DNA of 64,000 nucleotides from a virus. The DNA lies in IMG/VR virus record IMGVR_UViG_3300026290_000001; one strand, 5' to 3'. The notes under the pieces were generated by a model, which was not told the DNA's origin, did no database searches, and saw only the letters and a program-made list of their open reading frames with translations. A program made the position numbers and the translations under genes. How positions within the stretch are numbered: the stretch's first letter is position 1; every line of letters starts with the position of its first letter. This document shows positions 8,706-16,991 of the stretch, one piece after another.

Positions 8706-10469
8706 TTACACTATTATCCATGAACCTTTATTTCCCTCAGAATTAGGTTCAGGAGAGAAAATAGGACTGCCACTATAATTAGAACAACGTACATATCCAT
8801 TGTTATATGCAAATATATCAATTAAACCTGCATCACCAACATTAGAATTTGAAGCAAATAAAGAACCTTCTTCACAACAATCTATATTGTATTCCACATT
8901 GTTTTTTGCAATAATTCCCGAACTAAATCCTTTTCCACCATTATTAACTGTTAATCCTGATTTATTTCCACAAACACATATATTTTCTGCCATCATACCC
9001 CCACCAGTAGAATCATAAGCACCTTTTTCAGAATTACCATTTGCTATACAATTATTTATATAAATCCCTGCGAAATTGGAACATTCATAACCATTTTCAT
9101 TATTGGAAGATGCTGTATATGGTGCAGTAATACCTGCTCTGTTAGTTACAAAAAAACCAGATTTAAAACCAGATACTCCAACATTTGTACCACAAGTTAT
9201 GCTTGCGCCTGTTGTTGATAATATTCCATAATTAGTACTAGCATTAGAACCAATAATTGCAACATTATTTAATAATCCTAATTCAGAACGGTCAGCAACA
9301 ATACCATTACAATTTGTAAATTTTAACGTTGTAGTTAAAACAACAAAATCTCCACCCGTTAATGCAACAGCAGGGAATGGAGTACCTTGAAAAGTATTTT
9401 TAACCGTTACTACGTTTCCATTTATATTTATAATTTCATACATTCCACGTAAAACTTCATGATTACCTGTGCCTGTAGTATTTTTTATAATAGCATATTG
9501 TCCTACTTGCATACCTACTGCACTAGCAACTGTTATAGGTACAGACCAATTTCCAGCAGTATCAGAAACACTACCTACGTTTGAAACGGTTGTGGCAATA
9601 GGAGTAGCACCAATTATTCTTATATTAGAACCATTAACATGATTTATTTTAAGTTGAGAAGTATGTTCATACATTTCTGTTAATAAAGAAATAGTTACAG
9701 TAGTTGAACTAGTTATACTAGCAGTTTTTATACTATCTAAAGCATTTGGTATTGTAGTAAAATCACATCCAGTAGAGCCAACAGTTATAGTTTTATTGGC
9801 ATCTATAATAGTATCTGTTAAATGTTTAATAAATTCACTACCTACAGCACTAACTAAAGGTCTTTTATCAGTAATTGTATTTATAGATTTATCTGCATTG
9901 GTACTAATTGTTCCTATTAAAATACTTCCATTTGGAATACTACCATTTGTACTTTTATCAAAATTACCATCATTCTTTAAATAAATATTATAGGTCACGC
10001 TAGCACTTACTGGATTAATATTAAAAGTAGTATCAGATGTTTTTGTAATAGTGTTTAAAGTAGTACTATTAAAACTTTCACCTGAACCCGAAGTAATTAT
10101 TATTGATAAAGTATCTGTTACTGAATTATATTCAGCAGATTTTATCTGAAACGGATACCCATATACATCTTCTACATTACTTTTTAAACTATCATGATCA
10201 TATGCTGTAAATAATCTTCCTATTATCGTTCCATTACTCCATGTCTGTGCTGTCCCTTGAAATCCCCTAGTTACACCAACCAAACTACTACCACTTTTAT
10301 CTGTATATAAAATAGTTTCTGCATTATTACCAGTTCCTATAGTAGCAAGATTAGGTGCATTGGGAAAAACTGAAATATCAGTTACGGGGATGGTAGTTGC
10401 AATACTATTTATATCAGAAGAAAGTGTTGTAAGAGGGGAGTTAATTTTAGCATTATACATTGTTTCCAT
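8706..10469 (-). CDS. tailspike/tail fibre with parallel beta-helix-like C-terminal domain
   Basis: 587 aa; repetitive G/N/S/T-rich segments with spaced Cys/Asn/Gly typical of right-handed beta-helix depolymerases; shared N-terminal module with 7844-8686. Confidence 0.5.
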   Translation of the reverse strand: METMYNAKINSPLTTLSSDINSIATTIPVTDISVFPNAPNLATIGTGNNAETILYTDKSGSSLVGVTRGFQGTAQTWSNGTIIGRLFTAYDHDSLKSNVEDVYGYPFQIKSAEYNSVTDTLSIIITSGSGESFNSTTLNTITKTSDTTFNINPVSASVTYNIYLKNDGNFDKSTNGSIPNGSILIGTISTNADKSINTITDKRPLVSAVGSEFIKHLTDTIIDANKTITVGSTGCDFTTIPNALDSIKTASITSSTTVTISLLTEMYEHTSQLKINHVNGSNIRIIGATPIATTVSNVGSVSDTAGNWSVPITVASAVGMQVGQYAIIKNTTGTGNHEVLRGMYEIININGNVVTVKNTFQGTPFPAVALTGGDFVVLTTTLKFTNCNGIVADRSELGLLNNVAIIGSNASTNYGILSTTGASITCGTNVGVSGFKSGFFVTNRAGITAPYTASSNNENGYECSNFAGIYINNCIANGNSEKGAYDSTGGGMMAENICVCGNKSGLTVNNGGKGFSSGIIAKNNVEYNIDCCEEGSLFASNSNVGDAGLIDIFAYNNGYVRCSNYSGSPIFSPEPNSEGNKGSWIIV

Positions 10470-11687
10470 TTACTCTATCACCCCTTCATAATTAACCTTC
10501 CAAACATCATTAACTTTGCCATAGATGCCAATGATAGGTTTCCATTTTCCATTAATTTTTACATAAACATTATTAATATTTTTCCAATTACCATTTACTT
10601 TATAAATCAGCGCAGTATTGTAAACTGAAATATCATTAATATTTAATAATAAATTATCATTAGCATTGGTTTCTACAAATACATTTGTAGTTTCATGTAT
10701 ATTTATATTTAAACTATCATTAGAATTAATATCAACATTTTTGTGAATATAACTTTCATTAATAGACAATCTAATTGAATCAGTTATATTATTAGATGCA
10801 GTTAAATTATTTACATTATCCGTTGAAGAAATATTTAATGTATCACTAACATTTGGCAAGGCAGTAACATTTGCATTGTCAGCACAATAAATATTAATAG
10901 CATCATTTTTATTAAACTCATTAATAGTTAAATCTATGCCATTAATATCTAAATTTTCAGATGTGCTAATATCTACCAATATATTTTTGGTTTCATTTAC
11001 ACCTATATTTAAATTATCACCAGTATTTATATTAGTAATTAATTGACTTTCTTCGGTAATATCTAAATATAAATTGTTTTCAATATCCTTGGATAATACT
11101 AATAAAGAATCTTCTTGTAGATTGATATCTAAAGAATCTTCTAGGTTTAAAGAAATATATGATGATTCATCTATTGTTAAATTAATATCATCTTCTACTT
11201 CAATGTTTTTATCTAAATTATTAGTTTCACTTAATGATAAATCAAGATCGTCATAAGTTTTTATATTGTAAGCATCAGGAGAATCCCATATAGATAATTC
11301 TTGTATATTTATAGACAAAGAATCATTAACATTTATATTTACATTTAATGATTGCGAATCACTTACAGTTAAGTTAAGTGCATCTTGAAGTGTATTAGTT
11401 ACTTCTAAATCCGAAACATCATTTAGTGTAATTATAGGCGGGTCAGTACCTGAAGCATTTACAAGCCTTTCACTTTCCTCTACAGATGTAATAATTAAAT
11501 TGTCAGAAACACTAAAAGTCCAAATTTTATTACTTTCTTCAGTTATAGTTATTGTTAATTCATCATGTACATTTATTTCTATAACTGCTGATTCTGTAAT
11601 ATTTAGTGTTAATTCATCCGAAGAGGAAGATGATATATCGTTTAATGTGTTGAAAGATGTTTGGTTAAAACGTCCTTGATTAAACAA
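10470..11687 (-). CDS. tail fibre-like repetitive protein
   Basis: 405 aa, low-complexity Asn/Ile/Ser-rich repeats, C-terminal YKVNGNWK / INGKWK / VNDVWK repeats. Confidence 0.4.
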   Translation of the reverse strand: MFNQGRFNQTSFNTLNDISSSSSDELTLNITESAVIEINVHDELTITITEESNKIWTFSVSDNLIITSVEESERLVNASGTDPPIITLNDVSDLEVTNTLQDALNLTVSDSQSLNVNINVNDSLSINIQELSIWDSPDAYNIKTYDDLDLSLSETNNLDKNIEVEDDINLTIDESSYISLNLEDSLDINLQEDSLLVLSKDIENNLYLDITEESQLITNINTGDNLNIGVNETKNILVDISTSENLDINGIDLTINEFNKNDAINIYCADNANVTALPNVSDTLNISSTDNVNNLTASNNITDSIRLSINESYIHKNVDINSNDSLNINIHETTNVFVETNANDNLLLNINDISVYNTALIYKVNGNWKNINNVYVKINGKWKPIIGIYGKVNDVWKVNYEGVIE

Positions 11688-11747
11688 TAAATATCACCTC
11701 CTCATTAATTAAAAATAGGACTATATATAATTTTTATATTAATAATA

Positions 11748-12128
11748 TTAACTAATATTAATTGTAAGTGTTACGGTAAGAAGCCAGTTTCCACCGGATT
11801 TTGTGCCTAAATTTTCCACCTTCCTATTCAACATAACTCCTCCACTAGAAGCATTAAAAACTCCCCATTCCTGCCATGCAAAATTAGCATCAGTAGTTCC
11901 AAAACTAGATTTAAATACTAACTGATTATTAGTTCTTGTAGGGAAAGTGGCTTCCATGCCCTTTCTTACTTTGTTAGAACTTGCTTGTAAATCAATCTGT
12001 GAAGCTGCAAAAGCAGTAGTAGAATCACCGACTCCGATATGCGAATTTGTCGAATTAAAGAATACGGGTGAATCATCATTAATTATACAAGCTGCTATAA
12101 AATCTCTACCACTATTTGTTAATGCCAT
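11748..12128 (-). CDS. hypothetical structural protein
   Basis: 126-aa ORF in tail fibre region. Confidence 0.3.
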   Translation of the reverse strand: MALTNSGRDFIAACIINDDSPVFFNSTNSHIGVGDSTTAFAASQIDLQASSNKVRKGMEATFPTRTNNQLVFKSSFGTTDANFAWQEWGVFNASSGGVMLNRKVENLGTKSGGNWLLTVTLTINIS

Positions 12129-12435
12129 TTTTATAATTCCTCCTTAAATTTATATTTGTAAAATAATAAATAATTTAATAAATATTTAAATATTAAATAT
12201 TAAAACCCATATCTTTTAAATTATCTTCTGATGCCATAAAATCATCTTCAGATATAATAACTTCAATGGGTTTTACCAAACCTTTATCAATTTGTTCCTG
12301 TGTTGCCCAATCAGGATATTTTTCTAATCTGAGCGTTGCTTTCATGCTAATTCCCATTTTTTCATTATTCATAAAATCTAATAATTACCTCCTTATTTTT
12401 CTAGTATATTTATATTAATAAAATAATTAATATCT

Positions 12436-12942
12436 TTATTCTTGATAGACGAACCAAATGTCCCCATCCTCACCGTCTTCATTACTAGGTTGTACAGTAG
12501 AAAATATAAAATGGTGTGCAGAAGTTTGTATTATATCTTCAAGTGTTTCTTTAATATCATAAGAACCACTACCATTAGATTGAAAACTACTATAAATCCT
12601 ACTTGCGGGTATATAAACTCCACCACTACCATAAAAAGAAAATTGTAATATACTTCCACTTACATCAGGATGAAAATAAACGTATCCATATACATAATCT
12701 ACTTTATATGTACCAATTTTACTTTCTGTGTCTAATGTAGGAAAACCATCAACAATTTCATACCACTGGTAAGTTTCCAATCCAAAATTACCCATGACCT
12801 GAACTTTATTTTGCCTATGCGGAATTTCTGATAATATTACTAATCCATTTATTATTTTTTTATATTCACTTAATGAAACTAAAGGTTGCTCATTATTACC
12901 TCTTCGTATTGAAATAAAAGGATCATAAAAAATTTGATTCAA
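12436..12942 (-). CDS. hypothetical protein
   Basis: 168-aa ORF, same strand as structural operon. Confidence 0.3.
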   Translation of the reverse strand: MNQIFYDPFISIRRGNNEQPLVSLSEYKKIINGLVILSEIPHRQNKVQVMGNFGLETYQWYEIVDGFPTLDTESKIGTYKVDYVYGYVYFHPDVSGSILQFSFYGSGGVYIPASRIYSSFQSNGSGSYDIKETLEDIIQTSAHHFIFSTVQPSNEDGEDGDIWFVYQE

Positions 12943-13104
12943 AATTTATCACCTCCAACCTAATTTTTCAAAAAATAGAAAAATCAAAAATGTTCAAAAA
13001 TTTATCTTCTGTTTTCTCTTGTTTTCTTCCATTTACTCTGTTTTTCAAGCACAAAATTTGAATAAAAGGAATATTTTATTGTTGAGCCAAGAACACTCGT
13101 GACT

Positions 13105-14397
13105 TCAGTCATGAGATGAATTGGCTCTGTTCTGTTCATATATAATCCATGATTTTCTTGCATTAATTCTTTGCATGTTAGATATTTTCGGTGTCTTCAT
13201 ACCTCTGGGTGCATTACTAAAATCTATTTTTTCACCATCTATACCCATAAGAATGGCATAACCCGTAGACATTCTACCTTTAATAAAATATTCATTACCT
13301 ATATACCTTACTTTATCAAACTTCCTAAATCCTTCTATTTTACCTGTAGGTATCTTCTGATGACTTCTTACTCCTTTTGCCTGTTGGTAATCGCCTTTAG
13401 GGATACACTTTTTTAATACAGCTTTTTCAGTTTTAAAGCTTACATCAATTAACCCTATATCTTCAATATTATTTAAACAGGCAATAGCTACAGCATCGTA
13501 GTAATGCTCTTTTGGTAATCCCATTAGCTGTCTATGTTCTTTGGTAATAAATCCAAAGGTTTCTTTTGCATTTGGTAGCTGTCTTAATAATTGTTGTCTT
13601 ATACTATTCATCTGTGTTGTGTGTTTTAATTGTCCTTTAATTTTACCATTCTTCTTTAATTTAATTCCTCCTTTGTGCAAACTATTATGACAAGTTTTAC
13701 AAAGTGTAATTAAATTTTCTGCATCATCTGAGCCACCATTTTTTCTAAAAACTATATGATGTACCTCTAATCTGCTGTCTTTACTTTTTCCTTTGCAATA
13801 CTGGCAAATATATTTATCTCTACTTAATACATAAGCTTTAGTATTAGCAAATCCATAATTAGTTCCTTTTTGATAAAGCCATTTATTACTTAATACTGCT
13901 GGATTTTTTAAAGCATGTGGGTCAAATGTTGCTGTTTCTATTATTATATTTGTAATGGGCATTATTGATTTTGCAAAATCAATTTCTTTTAAGTGTGAAT
14001 TAATTTTACTTGTCATTGTAGGAGAAAATCTATCTTTTTTAATGCTGTTTTTCCTATTATTAAATCTAGGTTCCCTATATCTAGTTTTCCTATTCCTTCT
14101 AGTTCTCCTATATTTAGCTCTTTTGTCCATTTTGTCAGATATATCATTTCTAATTTCTACTTCTGATATATAATACACTTCATTTTCGTCATTTGCTACT
14201 GCACTTCCTATTTTACTACTACCAGTATCAATTCCTAAAGTTAAATCTTGTGTATAGTCTGTAGCATGATATAGTAATTTAATTGTAAATGGAGTTCTTC
14301 TTATGCATTTTGCTTTACCATCTTTTAACAATAATCTTGCTATTGCTGGTTTACAAGGCATTAAAGGACTCCCATCTTCATTAATTACATAAACCAT
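13105..14397 (-). CDS. iscB: IscB, OMEGA-family RNA-guided nuclease (PLMP domain, split RuvC, HNH)
   Basis: N-terminus VYVINEDGSPLMPCKPAIARLLLKDGKAKCIRRTPFTIKL (PLMP domain); RuvC-I LGIDTGSSKIGSAV; Arg-rich bridge helix RRTRRNRKTRYREPRFNNRK; RuvC-II ETATFD; HNH CQYCKGKS...LEVHHIVFRKNGGSDDAENLITLCKTCHNSLH; RuvC-III HYYDAVAIA; domain order exactly as in described IscB proteins. Confidence 0.85.
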   Translation of the reverse strand: MVYVINEDGSPLMPCKPAIARLLLKDGKAKCIRRTPFTIKLLYHATDYTQDLTLGIDTGSSKIGSAVANDENEVYYISEVEIRNDISDKMDKRAKYRRTRRNRKTRYREPRFNNRKNSIKKDRFSPTMTSKINSHLKEIDFAKSIMPITNIIIETATFDPHALKNPAVLSNKWLYQKGTNYGFANTKAYVLSRDKYICQYCKGKSKDSRLEVHHIVFRKNGGSDDAENLITLCKTCHNSLHKGGIKLKKNGKIKGQLKHTTQMNSIRQQLLRQLPNAKETFGFITKEHRQLMGLPKEHYYDAVAIACLNNIEDIGLIDVSFKTEKAVLKKCIPKGDYQQAKGVRSHQKIPTGKIEGFRKFDKVRYIGNEYFIKGRMSTGYAILMGIDGEKIDFSNAPRGMKTPKISNMQRINARKSWIIYEQNRANSSHD

Positions 14398-14681
14398 AAA
14401 ATCAAATCCTTTCGGATAAATACTCTGCTTAAAAGCAGGTTATGCGTATCTATATACTATTACCATATATAGAATTCGTCCTCATCTCGACAATGATAAA
14501 ATAGCTTATATGTATATCACACCGAGCCTTACCCTCCAACTCTACTTAGTGATATACGATAGAGCAATGGTCTGATGCGTCAACCAAAGGTATCATAACT
14601 ATTCTATCGTAGTATAAATTTCTCTATACTAAGTCTGGTGAACTTAGACTTTAGAAGCCTCCGACTTTAGTCGGGGGTAGT
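14398..14681 (-). ncRNA. candidate omega RNA of IscB (structured 5' region; guide expected at the high-coordinate end)
   Basis: 284-bp non-coding gap directly upstream of iscB with higher GC than surroundings and several stems readable by eye (CCTCCGACT/AGTCGGGGG, TACGATAGAG/CTATTCTATCGTA, AGTCT..AGACT, CTGCTT..AAGCAG). Confidence 0.45.
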
Positions 14682-14927
14682 TCACTCTATTTCAGGATTG
14701 ATAGATAAATCATCTTTGCTTGTACTATTTACATTAGATAAATTATCTTCATTGGACAAATCATCATTAATAATTTGACTTAATTCGTCTATTTTAGAAC
14801 TTAATTTGATAATCTCTATCTGATACATATTATTTTGTAAACATAAAGTGACTACATCTAAGGGCAAATTACTATTGTTTATTAACTCTGCCAGTTTAAT
14901 ATTAAAATCACTTATAATAAAAATCAC
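14682..14927 (-). CDS. hypothetical protein
   Basis: 81-aa ORF upstream of IscB locus. Confidence 0.25.
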   Translation of the reverse strand: MIFIISDFNIKLAELINNSNLPLDVVTLCLQNNMYQIEIIKLSSKIDELSQIINDDLSNEDNLSNVNSTSKDDLSINPEIE

Positions 14928-14984
14928 TTCCTTTATATTATTTTTTTATCTTATTATATTGTTATTTTTTATCTTACTATCTTG

Positions 14985-15305
14985 CTATATTGTTATCTGC
15001 GCTTTTATTTCAATCCTACAAGTGTTATTAAAAATATCTTTGTTAATATTTATTACTTTTCCATCTAATAATCTATTTATCTCATTTTCGTATTTATCAA
15101 TAAAAACCACATCGATTTTATTATCTAGATTTAATTCTAAAAAACTACAAACATCTGAACTTTTATTTGTTGGGATTTGCCCTATAAATCTGTGATAATA
15201 AATATTTTCCATTTCATGATAATAAACATCTAAAGTTCCTTGTTGAAAATCGTCTGAATAGATATGGTTGTCTAGGCAATTAAATTTTATTTTTAATTTC
15301 ATCAC
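14985..15305 (-). CDS. hypothetical protein
   Basis: 106-aa ORF. Confidence 0.3.
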   Translation of the reverse strand: MMKLKIKFNCLDNHIYSDDFQQGTLDVYYHEMENIYYHRFIGQIPTNKSSDVCSFLELNLDNKIDVVFIDKYENEINRLLDGKVININKDIFNNTCRIEIKAQITI

Positions 15306-15335
15306 CTTCTTTCAAGTTTATTTATTTTTATATTG

Positions 15336-16262
15336 TTATTGAACTCCGTTTAATTTATCTTCAAGTGTTATAAAATATGAACCATACACTATATCACCTG
15401 GAATCCTATCTGTAATCCCTGTTGAATTCATATTTCCTATTGCTGTTCTTGCAATATTAAATTTCAAAGCAGTTAATGTTTTATTGCTAGATGAAACTTT
15501 TGCATTAGTTATATGATAAGATGTTCCACCTACTGTTACATATTCAGTTAAACCTTTGTAATTCCTAAACTCTACTATTTTATCAACAAACGAATTCCAT
15601 CGATCCCATGTCAAAGTTGTTACTGCACCATGATTATTGAAAGCATTTCTTTCTGCTGTAGTCCAAGACCAATTAGTAGGACGAGATTTTGAAGTAGTTA
15701 AATAAGTATAACCAGACCAATCCGAAACCTCATAATTATAATTACGATCCCTTGCTCTACATCTAAATCCATATTGTGTATTTGGTTGTAAATTATTAAA
15801 TGTGTCTGAAGGAGAATATGGTGAAGCAGTAATTCCATTAGTGCATTGAATATCATAAACATTAGCATTAGATACATTAGAATAGTTTATAGTAATTGAA
15901 TTAGAAGATATTGATGAACTAATATAATATGGTGTAGACAATTTTGATCTTGCTGTAGTTACATATATTGTATCTATTAAATACCAAGTTCCGTTCCATT
16001 TTCCAGATACTGAAACTTTATATTCAGTATTAGGTGTTAATTTTTGATATAAAGGAGGACTAGGCATTGAATTATAAATATCGTGCCATGTATTATAAGT
16101 AGAATTGGTTGATGTCCAATTATTCCAATATACATACTCTTGTGTACTTGACTTTACAAGCACAATCTCAAATCCACCATAATCTTTTGCAGGATATGTT
16201 AATTCAGTAACATTGATTCGCATAGAATTGGAAGTTACATTATTGGCATATATTCTAGCCAT
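15336..16262 (-). CDS. tail-associated protein with fibronectin type III-like repeats
   Basis: Repeated FN3-like signatures LTPNTEYKVSV and LQPNTQYGFRCRARD...SDWS. Confidence 0.45.
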   Translation of the reverse strand: MARIYANNVTSNSMRINVTELTYPAKDYGGFEIVLVKSSTQEYVYWNNWTSTNSTYNTWHDIYNSMPSPPLYQKLTPNTEYKVSVSGKWNGTWYLIDTIYVTTARSKLSTPYYISSSISSNSITINYSNVSNANVYDIQCTNGITASPYSPSDTFNNLQPNTQYGFRCRARDRNYNYEVSDWSGYTYLTTSKSRPTNWSWTTAERNAFNNHGAVTTLTWDRWNSFVDKIVEFRNYKGLTEYVTVGGTSYHITNAKVSSSNKTLTALKFNIARTAIGNMNSTGITDRIPGDIVYGSYFITLEDKLNGVQ

Positions 16263-16391
16263 AAAATCACCTAAATTTCTTTATAATTGAATAAATTATT
16301 TAAAAAAGAATAATAATAATTAATAAGCAAAATAGTTAAATAGTATTGTAAAAAATTAGATAATATGATAGTATAAATATATATTATTAAA

Positions 16392-16991
16392 ATGAAAGGA
16401 TGTATAATAATGAAAATTAAAAACTTATCTTATCTGTTTATTGGTTTGCTAGTTGGGTGTTTATTTCCCATTCAATCTTTATTTGCCGAACAACCTATTA
16501 CATTAATTATCAATGGTAAAACAATTACTAATGCTTCACCACAAATAGTTTCAGATAGAACGTATGTACCTTTGAGGGTAATATCCGAAGAATTAGGTGC
16601 AACAGTTGAATGGGACGGAGTAAATAGGGTAGTTAGGGTTAATAGTGGGGATGGACAAAAAATTGAAAAGATTAATCAAAATCAAACTCAAAACAATAAT
16701 GATAATAGTAATGTGGAGAGCAACCCTAGAGATAATATCAATTATATTAGTAGTGATGATATGGAAAAATATTACGAAAGAGATACAAATAAAGGTTTTG
16801 TAAAAAATCGTTGGGTAGATGGTAAATATTTTATTGACTATGATAGAAAAATTACACGTTTTGAAGATTATGAATATTATTATGATAGAGAAAGAGATAT
16901 ATTTTATTGGGCAGATTATAAGGCAATTTTAATCTTTGGAGAAACAATAAAAGATTATCCTAAATATAAATTTAACCAAATACAGCAGTAG
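16392..16991 (+). CDS. secreted lipoprotein with copper-amine-oxidase-N-terminal-like domain (moron, opposite strand); true start probably 16410
   Basis: Signal peptide with lipobox LLVGC; motif DRTYVPLRVISEELGATVEWDGVNRVVRV typical of Cu_amine_oxidN1 domains of Firmicutes; only plus-strand gene within minus-strand tail operon. Confidence 0.55.
   Translation: MKGCIIMKIKNLSYLFIGLLVGCLFPIQSLFAEQPITLIINGKTITNASPQIVSDRTYVPLRVISEELGATVEWDGVNRVVRVNSGDGQKIEKINQNQTQNNNDNSNVESNPRDNINYISSDDMEKYYERDTNKGFVKNRWVDGKYFIDYDRKITRFEDYEYYYDRERDIFYWADYKAILIFGETIKDYPKYKFNQIQQ

Noticed and set aside
12943-14700. TnpA (Y1 HuH transposase) partner for IscB
   Set aside because: No ORF of appropriate size with HuH/Y1 motifs found adjacent; the element appears TnpA-less
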